DNA from: Haliotis cracherodii
Taxonomy: Eukaryota
NCBI RefSeq assembly: GCF_022045235.1
Contig: NW_027266275.1
Span: 372,001 to 436,000 of the forward strand
Direction of reading: 5' to 3'
Length of the DNA stretch: 64,000 bases
Under the pieces are notes generated by a model. It searched no databases. It was not told the DNA's origin and was given only the letters and a program-made list of their open reading frames with translations. Positions within the stretch are counted from its first letter, which is position 1. The number at the start of each line of letters is the position of its first letter. Positions 1-13,600 of the stretch are shown piece after piece. The position numbers and the translations under genes are program-made.

Positions 1-2380
1 TGTGGGCATGTATACAACTTGTTTATTGTGGGCATGTATACAACGTGTGTATAGTGGGCTTATATACATGTGTATTGCGGGCTTGTATACAATGTGTGTA
101 GTGTGGGCTTGTATACAATATGTGTATTGTGGGCTTGTATACATGTGTATTGTAGAGTTGTATAAAACTTGTGTATTGTGGGCTTGTATACATGTGTATT
201 GTAGAGTTGTATAAAACTTGTGTATTGTGGGCTTGTATACAATGTGTGTATTGTGGGCTTGTATTCAACGTGTGTATTGTGGGCATGTTTACAAATTGTG
301 TATTGTGGGCATGTATACAACGTGTGTATAGTGGGCTTGTATACATGTGTATTGCGGGCTTGTATACAATGTGTGTAGTGTGGGCTTGTATACAATGTGT
401 GTATTGTGGGCTTGTATACATGTGTATTGTAGAGTTGTATAAAACTTGTGTATTTTGGGCATGTATACATGTGTATTGTGGACATGTATGCAACTTGTGT
501 ATTGTGGGCATGTATACAACGTGTGTATTGTGGGCTTGTATACATGTGTATTGTAGAGTTGTATACAATGTGTGTATTGTGGGCATGTATACATGTGTAT
601 TGTAGAGTTGTATAAAACTTGTGTATTGTGGGCTTGTATACAATGTGTGTATTGTGGGCTTGTATACAATGTGTGTATTGTGGGCATGTTTACAACTTGT
701 GTATTGTGGGCATGTATACAACGTGTGTATAGTGGGCTTATATACATGTGTATTGCGGGCTTGTATACAATGTGTGTAGTGTGGGCTTGTATACAAAGTG
801 TGTATTGTGGGCTTGTATACATGTGTATTGTAGAGTTGTATAAAACTTGTGTATTGTGGGCATGTATACAACGTGTATTGTGGACATGTATGCAACTTGT
901 GTATTGTGGACTTGTATACAACGTGTGTATTGTGAGCTTGTATACATGTGTATTGTAGAGTTGTATACAAGGTGTGTATTGTGGGCATGTATACAACGTG
1001 TGCATAGTGGCCTTGTATACATGTGTATTGTGGGCTTGTATACAATGTGTGTATTGTGGGCTTGTACACAATGTGTGTATTGTGGGCTTGTATACAACCT
1101 GTGTATTGTGGGCTAGTATACATGTGTATTGTAGAGTTGTATACAATGTGTGTATTGTGGACATGTATACAACCTGTGTATTGTGGGCTAGTATACATGT
1201 GTATTGAAGAGTTGTATACAACCTGTGTATTGTGGACTTGTATACAACCTGTGTATTGTGGGCTAGTATACATGTGTATTGTAGAGTTGTATACAAGGTG
1301 TGTATTGTGGGCATGTATACAACGTGTGCATAGTGGCCTTGTATACATGTGTATTGAAGAGTTGTATACAAGGTGTGTATTGTGGGCATGTATACAACGT
1401 GTGCATAGTGGCCTTGTATACGTGTGTATTGTTGGAATGTATACAACTTGTGTATTGTTGGCATGTATACAACTTGTGTATTGTGGGCATGTATACATGT
1501 GTATAGTGGACATGTATGCAACTTGTATCTTGTTGGCATGTATACTCCGTGTGTATAGTGGGCTTGTATTTGTGTGTATTGTGGGCTTGTATACAACGTG
1601 TGTATTGTGGGCTTGTATACAACGTGTGTATTGTGGGCATGTTAATAACTTGTGTATTGTGGGCATGTATACAACGTGTGTATAATGGGCTTGTATACAT
1701 GTGTATTGTGGGCTAGTATACAATGTGTGTATTGTGGGCTTGTATACAACCTGTGTATTGTGGGCTTGTATACATGTGTATTGTGGGCATGTTTACAACT
1801 TGTGTATTGTGGGCATGTATACAACGTGTGTATAGTGGGCTTATATACATGTGTATTGCGGGCTTGTATACAATATGTGTATTGTGGGCTTGTATACAAT
1901 GTGTATTGTAGAGTTGTATAAAACTTGTGTATTGTGGGCATGTATACATGTGTATTGTAGAGTTGTATAAAACTTGTGTATTGTGGGCTTGTATACATGT
2001 GTATTGTAGAGTTGTATAAAACTTGTGTATTGTGGGCTTGTATACAATGTGTGTATTGTGGGCTTGTATACAACGTGTGTATTGTGGGCATGTTTACAAC
2101 TTGTGTATTGTGGGCATGTATACAACGTGTGTATAGTGGGCTTATATACATGTGTATTGCGGGCTTGTATACAATATGTGTATTGTGGGCTTGTATACAA
2201 CCTGTGTATTGTGGACTTGTATACAATGTGTGTATTGTGGGCTTGTATACAAGTGTATTGTAGAGTTGCATACAATGTGTGTATTGCGGGCATGTACACA
2301 ATGTGTGTATAGTGGGCTTGTATACTACGTCTGTATTGCAGGCTTGTGGACAACGTGTGTATTGTGAGCTTGTATACAAA
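1..2380. repeat. Complex TG-rich minisatellite, units about 22-27 bp (tgtgtattgtgggcttgtatacaa and variants)
   Basis: Visible tandem units with a palindromic tgtataca core; source of the many spurious YTSPQ/MCIV ORFs. Confidence 0.95.
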
Positions 2381-3546
2381 AAGTGCACTGTGGTACATGC
2401 TTGCACAATAATACAGAGTACAGTGAATACAATATAATGATATAAGTTATACAAGGATTTAATGATATAAGATGTACTAGGATATAATGAGATCTTTTGA
2501 GCCATGACAAAGGTTACAACAGCCAAAGTAAATGTTTAAAACATACAATACATTCTTTCCAACTACACAATAGTTATACGGATATGACTGACATACGTTG
2601 AAGGACACCCATTTCTTTTCACTGCTACTGTGTTTGATTGTGGCCACTTGATGAAGGCCCTTGATGGACTTTATACCCTTAGATTCCTATACAGGGAAAG
2701 CCCCCCCCCCAGACTAAACACTACAAGTTTTTTTAAAAAGAGTATGAAACATAGCTTCTCATTGAAACAGAGTCACCGTAAGTCACAGCTAGTTCTAGTC
2801 AAGAATTGTATTCAAGAAAGGCATCTGTAATTATCCCTGAGAAATTATCGGTTCTTTCCTATTACTGATACAGGTTTGTTTGTTGAAGGCTGTATGATAC
2901 TTGACATTCTCAGGCAAGAATTCCTCATGCACACAACATCCCTTGCAGAACACTGACAGTGCTCTGGTGTGGCACACACAGACTTCCACCTCTCCACATG
3001 CAGATCTGTTGATCTTTCAATACCCACAATTTCAATTTTATACAAGGAAATATGAACTTTGGTCATAAAAATCATTTGAGAATCAATCAGCTCTCACTGG
3101 TTTGCCCTAGCTGAAAATACAAAACACACAGGATAATTTCAAACAATAAATATGTAATAACATGTCAAACATAACAGCAATAGATATATCAATACAATCT
3201 GTGTGAGGACTTCAATATAAATATACAAAAATGTGTTGAGCACTACGATACAAAATGCTGAACATCAACCTCCGAATGTGCAGTGACTGATCTGTTGGGG
3301 ATCGATCATTTGATATTGAGGGTGGGGTTGGGGGTTGTATCAAGATGAGATATTGTTTCAGCTACAGCTACAAAATCAGATATGTTTTTAAATGAACTAT
3401 AAGCCTTAATCCTTCTTTTTTAAGAAAAATGCCTTGCAAAAATGTAATTTTTTAGAGACATTTTATGTTTTTTTGCAAAAATCCCAGACCTCCCCATGGT
3501 GTATCGAATGTCAGTCCCTTACACTGGATGCAAGGGCATTAGAATT

Positions 3547-5105
3547 ATGAGACGTCAACATGCTTCCTACAAACTAGCTTGATGTCACCATGCTTCCTAC
3601 ATAATAGCTTGATATCACCATGCTTCCTACACACTAGCTTGATATCACTGTGCTTCCTACACCCTAGCTTGATCTCACCATGCTTCCTACACACAAGCTT
3701 GATGTCACCATGCTTCCTACACACTAGCTTGATGTCACCATGCTTCCTACACACTAGCTTGATGTCACCATGCTTCCTACACACAAGCTTGATATCACCG
3801 TGCTTCCTACACACTAGCTTGATGAGACTGTGAAGATATACACACTAGCTTGATGTCACCATGCTGCCTACACACTAGCTTGATGTCACCGTGCTTCCTA
3901 CAAACAAGCTTGATGTCACCGTGCTTCCTACACACTAGCTTGATATCACCGTGCTTCCTACACACTAGCTTGATATCACCGTGCTTCCTACACACTAGCT
4001 TGATGTCACCATGCTTCCTACACCCTAGCTTGATCTCACCGTGCTTCCTACACACTAGCTTGATGTCACCGTGCTTCCTACACACTAGCTTGATCTCACC
4101 ATGCTTCCTACACACTAGCTTGATATCTCCGTGCTTCTTACACACTTGCTTGATATCACTGTGCTTCCTACACACTAGCTTGATATCTCCGTGCTTCCTA
4201 CACACTAGCTTGATGTCACCATGCTTCCTACACACTAGCTTGATGTCACCATGCTTCCTACACACTAGCTTGATATCTCCGTGCTTCCTACACACTAGCT
4301 TGATGTCACCGTGCTTCCTACACACTAGCTTGATGTCACCGTGCTTCCTACACACTAGCTTGATCTCACCATGCTTCCTACACACTAGCTTGATATCTCC
4401 GTGCTTCCTACACACTAGCTTGATGTCACCGTGCTTCCTACACACTAGCTTGATGTCACCGTGCTTCCTACACACTAGCTTGATGTCACCGTGCTTCCTA
4501 CACACTAGCTTGATGTCACCGTGCTTCCTACACACTAGCTTGATCTCACCATGCTTCCTACACACTAGCTTGATGTCACCGTGCTTCCTACACACTAGCT
4601 TGATATCTCCGTGCTTCCTACACACTAGCTTGATCTCACCATGCTTCCTGCACACTAGCTTGATGAAACTGTGAAGATATACACACTAGCTTGATTTCAC
4701 TGTGCTTCCTACACACTAGCTTGATGTCACCATGCTTCCTACATAATAGCTTCATTAAACCATGCTTCCTACACACTAGCTTGATATCACTGTGCTTCCT
4801 ACACACTAGCTTGATCTCACCATGCTTCCTACACACTAGCTTGATATCACTGTGCTTCCTACACACAAGCTTGATGTCACCGTGCTTCCTACACACTAGC
4901 TTGATGAGACTGTGAAGATTTACACACTAGCTTGATGTCACCATGCTTCTTACACACTAGCTTGATGTCGACGTGCTTCCTACACACTAGCTTGATGTCA
5001 CCATGCTTCTTACACACTAGCTTGATGTCGATGTGCTTCCTACACACAAGCTTCATTTAACCATGCTTCCTACACACTAGCTTGATATCACTGTGCTTCC
5101 TACAC
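3547..5105. repeat. 30-bp minisatellite (cacactagcttgatgtcaccgtgcttccta)
   Basis: About 50 copies, interrupted three times by a gagactgtgaagat variant (near 3824, 4665, 4905). Confidence 0.95.
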
Positions 5106-5334
5106 AAAATAGTACTGAAACAATAACCTGTCAACTTTGAATACAGATGTGTGTATCAAGAAATTAACACAAAAATAGAGTGCAGTTGTGAGAGATACAA
5201 TCATACAAGAGCCAAGAGAAAGGTGAGCTAAGATGGTGTACATTGTGATAGATACAAGAACTATATTGTACCAGAGACAGAAGCAAGCATGTGATATATA
5301 CTCTACCCCTTAAAATCAAGCATATGGTACATGC

Positions 5335-6238
5335 ACTCACCATGAAACAATGGCTGCACATACACCTGTTGCTTGTGTTAGTGTCACGATGAAACAATAG
5401 CTGCACAGACACCTGTTGCTTGTGTTAGTGTCAACATGAAACAATGGCTGCACAGACACCTGTTGCTTGTGTTAGTGTCACCATGAAACAATGGCTGCAC
5501 AGACACCTGTTGCTTGTGTTAGTGTCACCATGAAACAATGGCTGCACAGACACCTGTTGCTTGTGTTAGTGTCACCATGAAACAATGGCTGCACAGGCAC
5601 CTGTTGCTTGTGTTAGTGTCACCATGAAACAATGGCTGCACAGACACCTGTTGCTTGTGTTAGTGTCACCATGAAAGAATGGCTGCACAGGCACCTGTTG
5701 CTTGTGTTAGTGTCACCATGAAACAATGGCTGCACAGACACCTGTTGCTTGTGTTAGTGTCACCATGAAACAATGGCTGCACAGACACCTGTTGCTTGTG
5801 TTAGTGTCACCATGAAACAATGGCTGCACAGACACCTGTTGCTTGTGTTAGTGTCACCATGAAAGAATGGCTGCACAGGCACCTGTTGCTTGTGTTAGTG
5901 TGACCATGAAACAATGGCTGCACAGACACCTGTTGCTTGTGTTAGTGTCACCATGAAAGAATGGCTGCACAGGCACCTGTTGCTTGTGTTAGTGTCACCA
6001 TGAAACAATGGCTGCACAGACACCTGTTGCTTGTGTTAGTGTCACCATGAAACAATGGCTGCACAGACACCTGTTGCTTGTGTTAGTGTCACCATGAAAC
6101 AATAGCTGCACAGACACCTGTTGCTTGTGTTAGTGTGACCATGAAAGAATGGCTGCACAGACACCTGTTGCTTGTGTTAGTGTCACCATGAAACAATGGC
6201 TGCACAGACACCTGTTGCTTGTGTTAGTGTCACCATGA
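5335..6238. repeat. 47-bp minisatellite (caccatgaaacaatggctgcacagacacctgttgcttgtgttagtgt)
   Basis: About 19 near-identical copies. Confidence 0.95.
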
Positions 6239-6434
6239 CACTAGTTGTCCTAGTTCTGTAACATGTACCTGTGGTACGCTGGGATAACATGTGAGCATGC
6301 ATACCTCACTTCTTCCTTTTCACTGTTACTTCTACTCCAAGAATCTACTAAAAGCATAAACATGTTTTCTATTGTTTTAGAAGAAATTAATATGCACTTC
6401 AGAAGATTCTTGTCACCCTGCTGTGGATGATGTT

Positions 6435-7072
6435 TGTGGGTAGAGGAAATACAGTGTCTTGTTGGTAGAAGAAACACAGTGCCTTGTGGGTAGAGGAAAT
6501 ACAGTGTCTTGTGAGTAAAGAAAAAACTGTGTCTCGAGGGTAGAGGAAACAGTGTCTTGTGGGTAGAGGAAACAGTGTCTTGTGGGTAGAGGAAATACAG
6601 TGCCTTGTGAGTAGAGAAAACACTGTGTCTCGAGGGTAGAGGAAACAGTGTCTTTTGGGTAGAGGAAACACAGTATCTTGAGGGTAGAGGAAACAGTGTC
6701 TTGTAGGTAGAGGAAACATGGCGTCTTGTGGGTAGAGGAAACACAGTATCTTGAGGGTAGAGGAAACAGTGTCTTGTGGGGAGAGGAAACAGTGTCTTGT
6801 GGGTAGAGGAAATACAGTGTCTTGTGAGTAGAGGAAACACAGTGTCTTGTGAGTAGAGGAAACACAGTGTCTTGTGAGGAGAGGAAACACGGTGTCTTGT
6901 GAGTAGAGGAAACACAGTGTCTTGTGGGGAGAGGAAACACAGTATCTTGAGGGTAAAGGAAACACAGTGTCTTGTGGGGAGAGGAAACATGGTGTTTCGT
7001 GGGTAGAGGAAACACAGTATATTGAGGGTAGAGGAAACAGTGTCTTGGGGGTAGAGGAAACACAGTGTCTTA
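6435..7072. repeat. About 24-26-bp minisatellite (gtgggtagaggaaacacagtgtctt)
   Basis: About 25 copies. Confidence 0.95.
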
Positions 7073-7536
7073 CGGGAACACAATCCAACACAATCACACA
7101 GAGTTCTCACGCGGATATTACACAGTGAGTGAAGTATTCAAATTGTGCAGCTCTGTGAGTCGCACACGCGACTCCTCAATAACTTTGTGTATATCATGTT
7201 TCGTATTATTCCAAACATGCATTTACTTTTGCAGTTAACAGTGACCATTACACTGGTCTTTGATACAAAATATCTTTCAGCTGTATATTCCCCCCACTTA
7301 TTTCACGCAAGATGAAATCTCATCTCAATGATCTGCCTGTAGAAGTTATAATCCTCCTGTCTTGTCTCCATGGCAGCTGTTGTCTGATAGCTTGGCAACA
7401 CATCGCCAGGGGTCACACAGGCACACATATGTATAAAGAAGCACAGTCTTCAACAGGAGCACAGACACATCATCATGCAGCTGACTGACCCCGATGTACA
7501 ACTCCAAAAGCGAGGTCATGTGACTGACTTGGACCT

Positions 7537-7634
7537 TCAGGCTGCCTGTTCCTCCACCTTGCTCCGTTTCTTCACGAATTCCTGTGCCTCCTTGTCCCAG
7601 ACCCGCTTTGCCAGGATCTGCAAGGCACCATAAG
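7537..7634 (-). CDS. BAIAP3: BAIAP3-like last coding exon (AYGALQILAKRVWDKEAQEFVKKRSKVEEQAA*)
   Basis: acceptor gtccacag; TGA at 7539-7537. Confidence 0.92.
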
Positions 7635-10600
7635 CTGTGGACGGTAAACAGACATTAGTGTTTCCACAGCATATATTCACCTGGTGCATCATACAATATC
7701 ATTATCCCATTATGACCCTGCACAATACTTGGGCTGTATGTAATCATTTGAGCAGACAGAAAGATGCATTTTAAGACATACAGTGCATTCACCGCCTCAG
7801 ACTAAAACAACAACATAGAACATCCCTTATTGAAACAATAAGCATTGAAATATACAATCCTCTCTGTAACTGGAATAATCATAAAGTCAATGATAGTTTA
7901 CATATAGTGTTTGTAATGTTTTGGGTCAGCTATTGTGTGGACCATGCCAAAGCGGAACCCCCTTTTTTAAATCCTGGAAAACCCTGGTTGGATGCTTTCT
8001 CCTTTCTTATCACTGTAAGAAATAAAACAATGATGCCAGCTCCAACGTAACCGTGGTAACAGAGAACTGTACGCGTAGCATCTTCCCTGGGGATTCTACC
8101 TTTGTGTTTTGGCTGTATGAGAGGGAGGGAGATGATGCTGAGGGCATCATAGCCCTTGACCTCCTCGCCACTGACCCCAGGGACGTCCTCCATCGCCAGG
8201 TACACCTCGCCAGCAAAGTCGTTCTGGAACACCAGGTCGTGGTCCATGACAGTAAACAGCAGCGTGGCCCCCTTGTGCTGGCACTGGCCAGGATTGACGG
8301 CACTGCAGCAGGGGAAGAGAAGTAATAATAATATAATAATGATACATGTAATAATAATAATAATAATAATAATACTAGTAGAATCCTACATATTTTTTAT
8401 ATTTGTATACTTATCCTGCATTACTCCTTAATGCATATTACTGCTTGTTTCTTGACAGAGAAAAGAGCTGTGTGAAGGTCTTTGCTTGAAGAAGCTGTTC
8501 CAACTAGCTGAGAGGCAAGCCCATCACGTAGCTCCCACATGACCAAGGGAAGTGATGTCATGGATCCTCACATTCCTCTGTAGTCCGAAAAATCGGAAGG
8601 CATCGTGGGAAGGTAGATCTGCGACGGGCGGGTCCCTTTAGACACAGTAATGCAGGATAAGTATACAAATATAAAAAATATCTAGGACTTTACTAGATTT
8701 TTTACTTATCCTGCATTACTCCTTAATGCATCTTTGTCGGACGGAACCAGAGGTGGGCATACCTTCTGACGTGGACTTTCATCTGTTATTTCCAGACTCT
8801 GTTCCCTAGCCAATCCTTGGCTGTGTGGTCGGCATCGGGTGACCACTCCATGTGTGGGAACCTCCCATTCCCTTAGCCCGTCTTCGGCTGTGTGGTCGGC
8901 ATCAGGTGACCACTCCATGTATAGGAAACTTTGTTTTCGTCAAAGGATGACCGGACCTGTGGTCGCCCTGGATGACCATTACATTGAAGGGAAGAGTCAG
9001 GTATGAGTATGCGCAGACTTACAATAACGTCCGGTTAGGTCAAGACTGGAGCACCAAGCCGTATGCAAATGGGGCATGAACCTTCTAGTCCAGGGGTTAC
9101 GCCAGGGGAGGTCAAAAGGCCGGCTCTGGACATGGAGGCGAGGTCAGTGATGTGTAGTAGTGGTGACCTGCTGGGCCCCTACTAACGGACCAAAGCTGTG
9201 CGCGCCTTGCCTGTCCTCGAAAGCGACGTCTTGCAGGTAGTTGCCATGGTGGAGGCGACCGCCCGAATCTCGTGCGGGTTGTTGGGAGTGTGGGGGGTCC
9301 AATCCTGCTGCCTCCTAGGCCTGGAGGATGATGGCTCGTAGCCAGATGGCGATCATGTTGCAGCTGACTTCCGCTCGCGAGGTTGCAGATACCGGTAAGA
9401 AGAGGCATCGTCGTTGTCTACGGCGTTCTTTGGATCGTCGGATGTAGCAACGAAGCGCTCTAACCGGACATAGACGGAGCTCTGGTTCATCTTCCGCGCC
9501 CACAATCGATGAAAGAGGGGGGATGAGGAACGATCTATCAGGCTGGCCTGGGAGCTGATTCTTTGCAATGAAGTCCCAGCACAGGCCCAGATGTACGGCT
9601 CCGTGTGCTCCCTGCTCAAAGCGGACCCGTGTGACGTCTAGGGCGTGTAACTCACTGACTGTGGCGAATGCCAGTAGGAAGACCATCTTTTTCGTCAGGT
9701 TGTAGAATGACGTTTCGAGTGGCTCAAGTTCACTGCCCAAGCCAGTGGATTCGGCACTTGAGATATGTAGGCCGTGGATCTGGTAGTTCTGGCTGGTGGC
9801 GAATAGGTCTATGTTGAGGAGACCATGGTCTCGACAAACAAGAGCGAAGGCATCTGGGTGAAGTTTCCACTCTGTGGAAGCCACTTTGTCTGGCCGAGAT
9901 AGGGCATCCGTTATTATGTTTCGGCAGCCCGGGATGTGTTGGACCTTGAACTGAAAGCCCAGATGATCCACCAGGTGAAACAATCGGAGCGAAGTCGAAT
10001 GCCAGCAACCACCCAGTCTCCCACGTACTGGAGTGTCCACAACTTGGACGGCTGGGGATGGAAGTCCCAGTCCCAGTCCCTGCAGTCGGCGTTACCTCCC
10101 TTGGAGTGGCCATGGTGGGACTGTTAACCGCCCGATGCCCTGCCTTTTCCTCTACCCCGAGAGGATGAGGTGGTGCCGCGCCACTGGGGCTGGAGGGTGT
10201 TGCGTCGCAGCTGGTATGAGCCAGGCTGGGTCGCCTCAGCGAAGGCTGGCTGTGACACCCTAGCCAGGATCTTGAGAGCTGTCTTGTCTCGGGCGAAGAC
10301 TGAGACTCGGGATTGAGTCATTGATGTACAGCAACAGGTCGAGTGGTTGCAGTGTTATGCATAAGCAATCATGCAAGCCAGTCTGTACAAATACACTGCA
10401 CGGATCCCATAAGGTCGGTTTACCTGATTACGGTCGACGATGTTTACAGTCGTAATTCTTGACACGTGACATTATGTCGTCCTGTGCAGTAAACTGTAAC
10501 CCCGTTTGCTGAGTGGACTAGTTCAAGCTCCACGCAAGGCCAATCCCCTGTGAACCCTGTGGTTGACAGACCAGTGGTGTGTCCGATTTCTTAGTAGGAA

Positions 10601-13600
10601 CTGTGACGTTGCCGGTGTAGGGGCAAGTTGATCTTGATGATAAGAGTGACGACTGGTACGGTGTTGTGAATGATGACCCAGTTAGGTACCCGGAAGCATA
10701 TGATGATTCTGTTGAATACCGAATTGGTCATGGGGTTATAATCGTCAACTGTGGTGCAGATAATATCTACCAGACGCCGTGGGTAGGGACATCTTTGAGA
10801 GTCTGTTCGCTTTCTTCGAGGAAATGTTCAACCCAAGTTGATAGACGAGGAGAATTGGCGGGAGATTTCCACAGAACCATCACAAGGTTAGGCGCTTCCA
10901 GGACCTTGGGAAGTGTTGGAGCGCCGTTGTATGGACGCCAATCAAGTGTCCGCGTTGGACCGCCGTTGTATGGACGCCAATCAAGTGTCAAGCGACCGCT
11001 CTGGTCTCCGTAGGTAGTTGGCCTTGGGGAGCTGACGATCTCATAGGGCTGTAGAATGAGAGCAGGTAGCAAGGCTAATCGTCCGTCTGCGCAGTTGTCC
11101 CGAGGCGCACTTGGGAGAGGCCCAAGGATAGGCGCAACCCGAGACGCCAGGATAGACGCCTTTATGGACGCTTTTGTAAAGGTGTCGATGAGGCGCTGGT
11201 GTCTGTATAGGCGCCTGACGAGGCGCTGGCGTCTGTATCAGCGCTGTTTAAGGATAGGCGCTATCTGTATAGGTGCTAGTAGAGGTGTCTGCAGAGGCGT
11301 CTATAAAGGTGCTGGCATCGATGGCTGTCTGGCCTGTAAGTACTGAATGTACTGGAGGAGGGAGGCGTCTATCATGGGCTTCAGCGCCGTAGGCGGGGAC
11401 GCCTGTGGGAAAAGGAGCGTCTGTGCCGTAGGCGGGGCGCCTGTGGGAGACCGAGCGTCTGTCTGAAGGATAGTATAGGCGCCGTCTGGTACGTGAGCGC
11501 CGGGCGTCACAGCCGTAAAGATAGACGCTGTCGTGGTTGTCAAAGTGCTCTGGGTAGAGACTACAACCATGGGGTCCGACATTAAGGTAGCAGTTGAGGT
11601 CGGGGGTGGTCATCCGATATAGCCGATCTAGAAGGCGAAACCTAGGTGTAATCTGACATCATGCGCCTGTGTTTCCTTGCACGTTGTGTTCTGCGTTTTT
11701 TACACACGGAGGTACTGTCTGAAAGCTGTGGGCGAAAGCAGTAAACAGTCTTACATTGGTGACCCTGGAGGCATTGAGATGTACAATTAAGGCACAGTGG
11801 GTGGGGATCCCACGCCGACATATAACGCTGGCACTTTGAGCAGGAGGGCATGATATCTGCAACCAAGCAGTGTAAAATCACAATGCGTCCCCGACCGAGT
11901 ATGTATGTTATAATTTGTTTATCCCAAATATTACAACAAACGTTAGACAACATATAACAAAACAAACAATACTTGCGAGGATACGCCAATCGTGGGGTAC
12001 CAAGCAAAAGAATATAGAATGCAAACCAGTTCACAAACTGCTGGCTACGCAAAATATTCAAGATGGCTACTTGGAGCAACAAGACACCTGGCCTTATGTT
12101 TCTTTTGAGAAAACGCCAGTAAGTGTCTAAAAACGTCATGCACATGTTTATCAAACATAGAATGTACAAAAAACAAACCTTAGGCACAACACAAAGACAA
12201 AACAACATTAACCCAGATAACAAACACGTGAGGGTTTGAATCAGTTTTATGTTACAGCAAAAAAACAGGTCTACTCTCATCAAGTGACAAGAGTAATGTG
12301 AGGATCCGCGACGTCACTTCTCTTGGTCACGTGGGAGCTGCATGATGGGCTGGCCTCACAGCTAGTTGGCGCAACTTCTTCAAGCAAAGACCCTCACACA
12401 GCTCTTTTCTCTGTCAAGAAACAAGCATTATGCATTAAGGAGTAATGCAGGATAAGTTAAAAATATTATAATAATAATTGTCTATGTATATTGCGCATAT
12501 TTCAACACCACTCGGGTGCATGCTCAAAGCGCTATTATTACCCCGGTCACTGGATCATTGTGCACTCAAGAATCATTCTCAGCTCCCATGGGAATATACT
12601 GCTTAAACCATTTATGTACCCCTGTAACACGCTAACCCTGTAACACGAGGAGTTGAAACTTTCACTGGGTATTTATTTGCTCATCTGAGAGATGGCTACT
12701 GACAAACTGTAAACATCCAACCTCCTACTGTACCGACTCTGGACATGAGACAAAGAGGCTTGAGATTCCATGTTCGGTGCTGTGTTGCATCAACCGACTT
12801 ACAACTCAAATGACTCCTCAAAGAGTGGATGTAGAGTTTTCTTGACGACCTGCGTGCTCTGCACAGTGATGTCGGGGAACACATGGTCCGGACAGAGCTG
12901 CACCAGCACATAGGGGTCACTGAGACCTGGGGGGAGAGGATACACCAGATGATGGACAGTAGCTTCATCTCAACACTTCATCTACCAAGCGTTACTGGCA
13001 CACTAAATACAGCTCACTTCAGTACGGGTGTCCTCAAATAGAACCATGACAGACTGCAGAAGCTCACATGATTTTTTCAGAAGATGACGTATTACAGGTA
13101 AAACTCTTTGAAAATAAAATAAATGGAGAATAAGACAAATGTGGAAGTTTATGACTGACTTAATATCCTATGTTTCACAGACACAGAAACCCAAATCAAG
13201 CAGGCATCAATCAGACAAACCCTCAATGATGGACTTTCTCTGGTCTTTCATTCACTCACTCACCATTGGCATCGAGTGGGATGAGATCCTTGGCACTCAG
13301 AACTGTAAACAATAACATTGCATATCAGACAGTAACACACACAGATGCCTGGCTATGTCCTGACAAGCTTTACAAATAGAGCCACAAGGCACTAGAGCTA
13401 TATGCTTTACAAATAGAGCCACAAGGCACTAGAGCTATATGCTTTACAAATAGAGCCACAAGGCCATAGAGCTATATGCTTTACAAATACAGCAACAAGG
13501 CCATAGAGCTATATGCTTTACAAATAGAGCCACAAGGCTCTAGAGCTATATGCTTTACAAATAGAGCCACAAGGCTCTAGAGCTATATGCTTTACAAATA

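Noticed and set aside
3296-3521. Possible old MITE (gggatcgatcatttgata ... tatcgaatgtcagtccct)
   Set aside because: Terminal match too degenerate and no clear TSD.
1-7110. Long ORFs (566 aa, 435 aa, 282 aa, etc.) with periodic peptides
   Set aside because: Open on both strands and several frames because the repeat units lack stops; no domain content.
11642-12283. 213-aa ORF as an independent host gene
   Set aside because: Lies within DIRS copy A; only its Cys-rich C-terminal part corresponds to the gag start.
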